A stretch of DNA of 64,000 bases from NCBI RefSeq assembly GCF_964204645.1, contig NC_134026.1, positions 17,084,150 to 17,148,149 on the forward strand. Reading direction: 5' to 3'. The notes below the pieces were generated by a model, which worked only from the letters and a program-made list of their open reading frames with translations, made no database searches and was not told the DNA's origin. This DNA is from Tubulanus polymorphus (taxonomy: Eukaryota; Animalia; Nemertea). The position numbers and the translations under genes are program-made. Shown here one piece after another: positions 54,479 through 64,000 of the stretch; position 1 is the stretch's first letter, and each line of letters starts with the position of its first letter.

Positions 54479-55148
54479 ATGAGTGATAATAAGTGGATAA
54501 TAAACTGGATTATATAATGGAGCATTACTATCAGTTGGAACTGTTGGTTATTCAATGGTATTAAAAAAAGTATTTAAAATGGGAAGTGTTAATGTTGATA
54601 GATTTGATATAAATGATATTTTAAAATTAACATTAGCAGTTACTTTATCTAATTTAACTATTGATTATTTGGAAAAACAAAAATATATTCCTCCCATATA
54701 AATGCGTAATTATTTTACTAAATAAATGGCTTCTGCCGTTATAACTATTATATGATCGGCAATTGTTAACGCTTTAGCATTTACTGGTGGTGTTTATTTA
54801 TTTAAGCATATTGATAAAAATGGATCATTAACAGAACAAAAAAGGCATAACTTTGCATTAGAGAAATACAATAAAGCTGCAGAAGAATATAGAGAAAAGA
54901 GGCAAAACTATATGGATTATATTAACAAGGAATTATATGATCAGAAGATTTCACATAGAGATTTTCAATCAGTTGATGATACAATGAGTTTATATGACGC
55001 GGTTACCAATAAAGAAAAATTACATCTATACAAACCTAAATTATCAGAGTATTATACCCCAAGTAAAGAACAACAGAAATATGAAATAATATGGATTTTA
55101 GGCGGGACAGTTATTGTTATATTTGTAGCGTATAGATTTACTAATTAG
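54479..55148 (+). pseudogene. Two small Polinton hydrophobic proteins (starts 54479, 54726)
   Basis: NGALLSVGTVGYSMVLKKVF; AIVNALAFTGG..LF...EQKRHN.ALEKY; duplicated in copy A. Confidence 0.65.
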
Positions 55149-55167
55149 TAATTTTTTTGCTAAATAA

Positions 55168-55602
55168 ATGGATGATAAAGTTGATAATATTGATATTATT
55201 CCTCATGATGTAAATAAAACTAAATTAAGAATATATTTAGAAAAACAAATATTAGAATTTGAAAATGATTTAAAAGTTAAAAAGAAAAAATATTTAAAAA
55301 GTAAAATTATATATTATTTGATTATAAGTGGTTCGGTTACAATTAGTTCTGTAATAACATTTCTAGCAATATTCAGCCCATTAACACCTTTAGCTATATC
55401 AATTGGTGTATTAGGATTAAGTTCAAGTGTATTAACCGGTATAAGTTCAAAATTCAATATAAAAAGTAATAAAGAAAAAATTAAAACTAATATAAAAGAA
55501 ATTAATAAATTAAAAAATACACTAGATTATATAATGAGTTTAAATGGTCATATAACAGTTGGAGAACAAGATAAATTATTAAAAGAATTAATAAATTATT
55601 AA
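55168..55602 (+). CDS. Polinton coiled-coil/transmembrane protein
   Basis: 144 aa with a central long hydrophobic hairpin; duplicated at 41952. Confidence 0.7.
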   Translation: MDDKVDNIDIIPHDVNKTKLRIYLEKQILEFENDLKVKKKKYLKSKIIYYLIISGSVTISSVITFLAIFSPLTPLAISIGVLGLSSSVLTGISSKFNIKSNKEKIKTNIKEINKLKNTLDYIMSLNGHITVGEQDKLLKELINY

Positions 55603-55618
55603 TTTTTTAATTATATAA

Positions 55619-56944
55619 ATGGTAGATAGTTTTCCAAAAGCTTTCCAATATAATAAATCAATTAAATATAATATTCCTGCAATAGATTTTAATAAAGATA
55701 TTTCATATAGAAATGAAGTTTTAAATTCATTAATTGATTTATATATTTATGTTACTGAAACTAATTATTTTAATGTTAAGATGGAAAATATATTTCATGT
55801 GTATACAATTAATTTTAAAAATTTAAATGAGGCAAAACAATGGTTATTAAAATCTAATATGAAGTATTGACAGAACCAATTAAATTTTGCTGTTTATTGT
55901 GCAACAACAGGATGTGGAATTAGTTGGAATGATCATTTAAACAAACCAAGTTTACCATTGATGTTATCACTCTTTAGATTTCATACATACTTTCAAACAA
56001 AATTAATATTAGATGAATTAGAATGTCCTTTACCAGGTTCAAAATATTTTAAAGAATTGAATAATAATATTAATTTTTCTAAGTTTTATAAAATATGTAA
56101 TGAATTTAATATTAATTCAAATAAAGATTTTAGAGCATAAATTGGAACGATAGGTGGATTAGGAATATTATATACTAAAGAATTTGGAAAAATAATGGCA
56201 AATTCAGATATAAGAACACTAAATTGGAATGAATTACCAAAATATTATAATAATATACAACAACAAAACAATAATGGTTGGGTTAATTTCATTTTAGAAA
56301 ATAGTGAAGGTTTTACTAAAGCTGGAATACAAAGAATAAATCAATCTATTAGAACTTATTTGATATGTATTTTAGGCGCTCAAGTTGAAACAAGATCCCC
56401 AATAGTTGGAAATGATAACACTTCATTTGATGCGCAGAAACAATTCAAAGTATTATTTGAAGATTCCATTCATAATGATAAAAATAGATCGATTCCAGAA
56501 AACATTGTAAGATATCAAAATTATTTAGATAAATCTCATGTAAGACTAAATTATTGTATAGGCCCTAATCCATTAATTATTTCTAATGATTTAGTACTAA
56601 AGATGGGAAACATAATTGGTTACAATAATCTAATTAAAACTGCAACAATAAATAATTCATTTGGATTAAATGATATAAATAAAAAGATTATTACTGCTCC
56701 AACATTAATGGAAGGTGAAAAAAATAAAAAACATATTCAATCAACAGAAACTAAAACTAAGAATATTAAATTAAATAATGATTCTAAAATAAAAGATTAC
56801 AATACATCAGAAAATATAGAAACTGATAATATTCAACATGATATAATTAAAACTGATAATGATAATAAATCCCATGAAAATGCTAAATTAGCTTTAACTT
56901 GTATAGGAATTGTAATCGGAGGAATATTATATTTTAAATTTTAA
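55619..56944 (+). pseudogene. Polinton conserved protein with C-terminal TM anchor
   Basis: QNQLNFAVYCATTGCG, FRFHTYFQ, RINQSIRTY..CILGAQ; ends LALTCIGIVIGGILYFKF; internal stops. Confidence 0.75.
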
Positions 56945-56960
56945 TTTGTTTATTATGTAA

Positions 56961-58412
56961 ATGGAAGAAGGTGGAGGAGATATTTCAATGGAAGGCATTG
57001 GAAATAATAATGAAGGATATATTGATGATGATTGTAATGATGAAGAAACTAATATTGATAATGATGATGAATCAGCATATAATTCTAATTTAGCAGATAG
57101 TGGTTCTAAAGCCCCATCAACAGTTGAATTTGATAGAAGCAATAAATCGAGAATAAATACTGAAAATTTAAATCCAGATTTATTAAAAAGAGAATTAGAA
57201 TATGAAAATTTAACTGATAAATTCAAACCAATATTAGAAAAATCTGGATTCAGTATAACAAATAAAGGTGTGAATTATTTAGTAAAAGATTTGAAATATT
57301 TAAATGGTGATTATTATTGGCATTTGAAAGATGACCATTATTTTAAGATTTCTTCTAATAAAAGTCTCGATTAAATAATAACAAAATCAACTTTTATTAA
57401 ATTAGAACAATCTAGAATTAAGAAAATCAATAATGATGTTATAACTGATGTTACAAAAGAAGAGATAACTCTAAATAGAAAAGAATTTATTCGAAGAAAT
57501 GATGATTTTTTGAAGATAAATAATGAAAATTTAGAACCAGAAACAATTCCTAAAGAAGTTCATAATTCCAAAACTAGTAAATTTAAATCAACCGAAGTTC
57601 AAACTGAAAAACTTTTACAAAATGGGTTACTTGATGCAACAGATCAAGAATTAGAAGATTTAAATATATTTTCTGATGAAGCAATTAGAGAAATTATTAG
57701 TATAAGAAATGAAGCTGATAAAATCGCGAATGATAAAAGTATAAGAGATTTTAAAATTAGAACTTTAAGGAGGAATTAATTGATAAAAATAAAGAAATAG
57801 AACAATTAAAGTCTGATTTAGATCATCAAGTAATTGATGAAATAGAATATAGGCAAACAGAATTACGTTTAGAAAAAGAAAAAGATGATTTAGAATATAA
57901 CATAGAATTACAGTAAGAAGAAATTAAATTATTATTAAAATCATATGATTATAATATTAATAGATTAAAAGTTATTTTTAAAGATTTGTTGATAAAAACC
58001 AAATTCTGAAATATCATTAAAAGATAGAATAAAAGTATTATTTAAATTAGAAGGAATAACAATTCTTTCAATTCTAACAGCTGTAACTATGTTATTTACA
58101 ACAATTGGTTTAGCTATATCAAATTCACTGAAATCTACTCCTACTCCCAATAAACCGGATAAACCCCCAAATGATAATAATTCTATACAAGATTAAGTTA
58201 AAGATGGTTTAAAGAAATTAGCAAAATATTTATGGGAACTATCTAAAAAATCTGCTGCAGCTTTACCAGGAATTATTGCATCAATTGTTGGTTTTATATT
58301 AAAATCTGCACGAAACATTATTAACTTTGCTGCTGAACATAATATTTTATTTTTAATTACAGTTGTAAGTGCTATTATTTTTGGGTTAGTGAATATGATA
58401 AAAAATAAATAA
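56961..58412 (+). pseudogene. Polinton acidic/coiled-coil membrane protein
   Basis: Acidic N-terminus, coiled coil, EGITILSILTAV..., AAALPGIIASIV hydrophobic C-terminus; duplicated at 43762. Confidence 0.7.
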
Positions 58413-58432
58413 TTAATTTTTTTGTTAAATTA

Positions 58433-59684
58433 ATGAGTGGGCGTTATATCAATCCTTCTAAGAATCATAGAATATCTAATGCTATTAAAGCAGAAAGATC
58501 ACATCATATAATTACTCATAACCCTTCTAATATTAATCCCGATGAAACTTTATATGTTAGAATCCCTAGGTTAACACAAAATACTTTTTATGTTCCAAAT
58601 AGTATTTATTTATCAGCCGATATAAAAGTAACTGGTAATAATAATAATTATGTTGTTTATAATGTTGGAAGATATTTGATAAAAAAATTAACAATAAAGA
58701 TTAGTCCAGAAACAGTTTTCTCATTAGATGATTATAATTTATTTATGCATTTTAAAGATTTATGGTTAGCTAAAGAAAATAGAAATAATATGATATTTCA
58801 AGGAATCCAATCAGAAAACCAAAGTAAATTAAGATCAGACTCTGATAACGCAATAGTAACTAATGCTGTAGATAACTTAATAAAAAAGATTTATGGAAGC
58901 AAATATAAAATTCCATTAGACTTTGAATTGATAAATAATAATGCACCTTTATATAAATATGTAATTCACGAAGATATTATATTTGAGATAACATTTGCTC
59001 CTGTAAATGAAATTATATTATCTAGCGTTGTTAAAGATATGGGTTATAAATTATCGAATATATGTTTAGAATATGACAATATGAAGTAACTAATGAAAAT
59101 ATTGCTAACACAATTCAAACTCAATACAATCAAGGATTTTCATTATTATATGATTATATTGATAAATTTAAAACTGTAACTATTAATGCAAATAATGAAA
59201 TAATTAATGAGAATATTAACTTCCCAAGAAGATCTATTAAAGGTATATTAATATTTTTACCATTGCAACATATTCTAATGGCGCAATAAAGGTTGATAAT
59301 TATTATTATCCTGAAATAGCAAAAGTAGAAATAACTATCGAAGGAATAGCAAATAAAATATTTTGTCAAGGAATGAGAATGATTGATCAATGGCCAGAAA
59401 TTAGGAAACATTTTATGAATGAAAAAGTAAAATCATCTTGAAATTGTAATATTAATTAGATTAATTATTATGCCGGTAATAAATATTCATTATGGTTAGA
59501 TTTTAGAACAACAGAGGATAATTCACTACATGGTTCTGGGAAAAAACTACAGAACACTAAAGATGGAATACAATTATTCATGAAAAAGAAAAAAGGAAGC
59601 TTAAATTTCAAAATGCACATTTATATTATATCTGACGCACAATTAAATATTGTAAATTCACAATTAGATAGTATTCAATATTAG
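58433..59684 (+). pseudogene. Major capsid protein (double jelly-roll), copy B
   Basis: ~415 codons; THNPSNINPDETLYVRIP, Y.LSNICLEYD, LWLDFRT, LHGSG; frameshifted after 59080. Confidence 0.75.
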
Positions 59685-59714
59685 AAATATAAAGTTAAAA
59701 TTAACTATATATAA

Positions 59715-60844
59715 ATGGGCGGTAAAAAAAACTCCTAATATTAAAGAACAATATTTAAGAAATTTATATTACAACCCTGAGAGTTCGGTTGCTTATTCTT
59801 CTACCAAAAATTTATGGCGTCAAGTAAAACAAGATAAATTAGATAAGATAATCCCACAAAATTTAGTTAAATATAAAGATATAAATGAATTTATGTTAGA
59901 ACAACCAACATATACAACACATAAAAAAATTGTTAGAAAATATAAAACTCGTAAAACTATGGTAAGTTATGTAGATCAACAATGGCAAGGAGATTTAATT
60001 GATATGAAAAATGTTAAGAAAGATAATGATGATTATTGGTGGTTATTGAATATAATTGATATTTTTAGTCGTTATGTATGTAGCTTCCCACTTTATAGAA
60101 AAGATGCTGCACAAACATCAAATGTTTTAAGAAAATTTCTTTCGGATGATAAACTAAAACCAGAAAAAATACAATTTGATGATGGAAAAGAATTTGATAA
60201 TTCACTTGTTCATGAACTCTTAGATAATCATAATATTAAATATTTTTCAACAAAATCGGATAAAAAAGCAGCAGTTGTTGAACGATTTAATACAAACATT
60301 AAGAACAAGAATGTGGAAATATTTTACAGCAAATAATACTTTTAAATGGATTGATGTTTTACCAAAATTGATAGAAGGATATAATAATTCTTATCATTCT
60401 TCTATTGGAATGAAACCTATTGATGCTAGAAATCCTGAAAATGCTGAAATTGTTTGGAATAATTTATATGGGGCATTTCTTGTAGATGATTTTGGTGAAC
60501 CTAAATTTAAAGTTGGTCAAAATGTTAGAATTTCTAAGTATAAAAAGATGTTTGACAAAGTATACGATCGAAATTTTACTAGGGAAATATATAAAATAAA
60601 AAAGGTAATAACAACAAAACCATATGTCTATAAATTAGAAGATTTAAATGGTGAAGAAGTTGATGGGTATTTTTATGAAGAAGAATTGAGTTTAACTACT
60701 GAAAATCTAGAACAAGAATATAAAATTGAAAAAGTATTAAAAACAAAAACTGTTAAAAGATAAAAATATTCTTTAGTAAGATGGGTTGGATGGCCAGATA
60801 AATTCAATGAATGGATATTATCAAGTAAAATTAAAAATATATAA
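59715..60844 (+). pseudogene. Retroviral-like (rve) integrase with C-terminal chromodomain
   Basis: QWQGDLIDM, IDIFSRY, QFDDGKEF, VVERFN; LVRWVGWPDKFNEWI; frameshifts. Confidence 0.93.
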
Positions 60845-61448
60845 ATGAATAATAAGGAATTATTTATATTTGAGCCTCATAATATGTCAATTTCTGGCGT
60901 AACAAATTGTGGAAAAACTTATTTTATATTAACATTATTAGAAACTATTTATAAAAACTATTTTGATAATATAGTATTATTTTGTCCAACACATGAATTT
61001 AATCAAACTTATGATAATATTACTAGAAATAATAAATTTATTATATTAGATCCTAAAACAGTAAAAGAAAATTTAGATAATTGTATTAAAATAGCAATTG
61101 ATATTTATAAAGGATCCAATACATTATTCATCATAGATGATTGTGCTAATCTACATGATTCAAAAGTTAGAGAAAGTGAGTTATGCTATTTAGCTTTCTC
61201 TGGGAGACATTTTGGGATAACAACATGGGTTTTAAATCAAAAATATAATTCAATTGTTGAAGACTTTAGGGATAACATAAGATTTTTAGTATTATTCTAC
61301 AATAAAGATATCGATGAAAAAGGCACTTGAAGAAAATGATATAATTCCACATAATTTACGTAATGAATATATTGATAAATTGAAAAAAAATAAAAGATCA
61401 AAATTACTATTTGGATTACAACACCCATTTAAATATGAATTTATTTAA
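60845..61448 (+). pseudogene. A32/FtsK-like DNA packaging ATPase
   Basis: Walker A GVTNCGKT, Walker B LFIIDD, SGRH motif; frameshift near 61315. Confidence 0.9.
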
Positions 61449-61449
61449 A

Positions 61450-61735
61450 TTCAACTGGTTTGTTAATCTAGTTGAATTCTAGTTACATTCTAGTTGAATT
61501 CTAGTTATTGGTAGTTGAAAAAAAAATCAAATAAAATTCAACAATATTTTAACTAGCTTGTTAATCTAGTATATTTTTAGTTACATTCTAGTTGAATTCT
61601 AGTTATTGGTAGTTGGAACAAAAATCAACTAGATTTAACAAGAAATAAATAAAAACAACAATATTTCAACTATCTTGTTAATCTAGTTGAATTCTAGTTA
61701 CATTCTAGTTGAATTCTAGTTGCAACAACACAACT
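61450..61735. repeat. Intergenic tandem/palindromic repeat array
   Basis: Three ~110-bp units built from CTAGTTGAATT / CTAGTTACATT 11-mers. Confidence 0.85.
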
Positions 61736-61753
61736 AATTTGTTTGTTATATAA

Positions 61754-62633
61754 ATGGGAGGTGAAAAGAAAATAAAAATCTAAAAATGGTGATGTTCCAA
61801 TTGAAAAAACTTTAGATGATTTAGGAATAACAGAAACAGAATTAACTCCAGATGATGGTGCTTTAAATAATGTTACAACAAATAATAATTATGAATATTA
61901 TCTTTATTGTAAACATCAATTAGAAATATTAATAGCATCTGGAAAATGTAAAAATTTTATCGGTAAAAATTTAACTTATAATGAATTCGATACAATGAAA
62001 TTATTAGATTATTTAAGATTTATGAAACCGCGAGAACAGCTAGAATTAATGACGCGATATCAGAAAATGTAGTAAAAGGTTATAGTAAATTATGTAGTTA
62101 TATGCTGCCAATTCAAGATGAAAATAGATTATATGCTGATTTAAAAAATGATTATTTAGTTATGACTGAATTAAATAAATGGATTGGTTATTTATCATTT
62201 CAATTAGGTGGATTTATGACATTATTATCAACTGGAGTTATTACATTTTCAAATATTGAAAGTAAAAATATTTCTATAATAAATGAGCAAGGTGGAAGAA
62301 GTGAAGAAAAAACCGAGAACTCAGAAACAAATTGAATGGTCTCGGCAATTAGGAATTAAATCACAAGAATATAAAAAAGCTGTAAAAGAAAAAATAAGTA
62401 ATAAAAACGGTGAAAATATTGTTATTTCTACTCCTTCTAATAATAGAATATATGATAAATGTCTATATTTTACAGTTGGATTTGTAATTGTATTCATTTT
62501 GATTGGGCGTAATTGGTATAAGAAATCAAATAAAATTTATGATATTAATAATTCTGAAACAACTGCTATCAAAAATGAAAATACTTCTGAAATTCCAAAA
62601 TTGACAATAAAAAAAAATGGATTAATATTTTAG
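61754..62633 (+). pseudogene. Two Polinton hypothetical genes with hydrophobic segments (starts 61754, 62283)
   Basis: TAAATG starts; LYADLKND..; RTQKQIEWSRQLG and TM CLYFTVGFVIVFILIG. Confidence 0.6.
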
Positions 62634-62789
62634 ATAAAAAGCAAAAAAAATAATTTTTTTTAATTAATTGAATATCACCATGTGGGTGCCATACGGCACC
62701 ATCTCACTACTTTTGTCTATCTATGCGGAGCAATTAAATTGTCCAGATAAGTCATTTCGGATTCTAGATATTCATTATTATTATTAATT

Positions 62790-63117
62790 TATTTTTTTTA
62801 AATTAATCAACAATTTCTAAATCATGATGGCCATCTTCATTTTTTCCATGATAGATTATTTTAAATCCTTCTAAATCTTTTAATTCCTCTGTACTCAATG
62901 AAACCCATTTATCCATACATTCTCGCGACGTACTAACATTGCAGTAGCTTAAATTAGCTCATACTTTCTCTCCATATTTAGTTTTTATCTTTTCTAATTT
63001 CAATATTTTATGTTCAATTTCTTTTGTAACATCAACTAACTTTTTTATTTCAAATTGTTTTTTTGCTGGTTTTATTCTGTTATTTATTGTTGCTAAGAAT
63101 GCTTTTCTATCTCCCAT
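62790..63117 (-). pseudogene. Small terminal Polinton gene (inverted homolog at 36586-~36915)
   Basis: MGDRKAFL.. versus MGDRKTFL..; both follow the motif CCACTCATCACCAC. Confidence 0.55.
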
Positions 63118-63204
63118 TTATAAGGAAAATAAATTACTTGTGGTGATGAGTGGTGTCTCGTACTCTCGTACTCTGGTATGAAAACGCCATTTCCTAATTA
63201 CTTA

Positions 63205-63983
63205 GGTCTTCGTTTTAGTCATGCATAGTATTAGTTTTACGTTGTGTTTTACTACAGACAACATTATAAAATACATGACATCCAACTCTCAGATATCACG
63301 CGTATCGGTCTTATCATTACGGTCCCAAGATGAGATCCGACTCGAGCGGAGTGTTTAGTATTGGTAGAAGAATAGAATCGTAAACATTTATTGGTGAAAA
63401 TAATGTATTAGCCACGACAACGCAGCAAATCGAATATAATAGAAATCGCACATTTATAGATGAAAACTTCGTTCTGTTCGTCGTAAATACGTACGGGATA
63501 GTCGTAACTGGAGTTTCCCCGAAGTGATTACATGAATAATTCCATGTTTGAAGTAAATTTTGTAAAAGCGCATAGGAATTCGTTTCAGTCATGTATAGTT
63601 TTAGTTCATCCTCGCTTGCCAGGGGTCTGGTATCACTCCCGAACTCGCTTCCACCAGCCCCTGGCCTCACGAAGCGTGATTCCATTACTGGCGCTGTTGC
63701 GCATGAAGTCACACATCGATTTGTTAAATACTTCCTAGTTCGGTAAAACGTTCGCTGATTGGTCCATTTAACGGGAAAACCAACAGAAGCCCAATGTCGT
63801 TTGTTACAAGCGCTGTGATTGGTACGACTGGATTCTGGTCGGCTCGTAACGACTCCAACGACTCGTGAGGTCAAGGGGTTCGGGGAACAGCTTTAGCGTA
63901 GTGGGTTCGAATCCCTTGACGGGTGAAGATTAGTTTTAATTGTGTGGGTGTTACTAAAACTATGCACTACTAAAACGAAGACA
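63205..63983. mobile_element. TA-flanked MITE abutting the Polinton right end
   Basis: ~30-bp imperfect TIR GTCTTCGTTTTAGT..TGCATAGT.TTAGT; TA on both sides. Confidence 0.7.
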
Positions 63984-64000
63984 TACGCACCCAGTTCAAT

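Larger units (their letters stand above)
36492..63202. mobile_element. Cluster of degenerate Polinton/Maverick (adintovirus-like) endogenous viruses
   Basis: Sharp shift to very high AT; pPolB, rve integrase, A32-like ATPase, major and minor capsid genes; AG...CT termini with ~420-bp diverged inverted repeat (36492-~36910 / ~62800-63202). Confidence 0.93.

Noticed and set aside
36486-63208. Single intact Polinton with matched TIRs and 6-bp TSD
   Set aside because: Flanks TGCTTC and TAGGTC do not match, the inverted repeats are strongly diverged, and the interior is multi-copy
63317-63874. 185-aa minus-strand ORF
   Set aside because: Lies inside a TA-flanked MITE, has a non-ATG start and no recognisable domain
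63875-63925. tRNA gene (GGTTCGAATCC; also ~18570)
   Set aside because: Only a B-box/T-arm; no full cloverleaf could be drawn

Overview
Animal (probably marine invertebrate) nuclear DNA, almost entirely transposon- and virus-derived. 1-25 kb: nested retroelements. A degenerate env-bearing, chromodomain-integrase gypsy-type element is split by a 5'-truncated LINE, a young near-intact BEL/Pao LTR element (240-bp LTRs, CATAG TSD, tRNA-His PBS) and a long-TIR DNA element; an L2 fragment and many MITEs follow. 26.3-27.6 kb: the only clear host gene, an intronless class A peptide-type GPCR. 36.5-63.2 kb: a very AT-rich cluster of degenerate Polinton/Maverick (adintovirus-like) endogenous viruses with pPolB, penton, major capsid, integrase, packaging ATPase and membrane proteins. 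Main finding: the protein-primed PolB carries a LAGLIDADG-containing intein inserted exactly in catalytic motif C (YFD|TD), resembling giant-virus PolB inteins. The same element encodes a VLTF3-like late transcription factor and starts nearly every gene at the poxvirus-late-type motif TAAATG. Together these suggest (by inference) a virophage-like element dependent on a large DNA virus. All calls come from reading the sequence by eye; no database searches were run.
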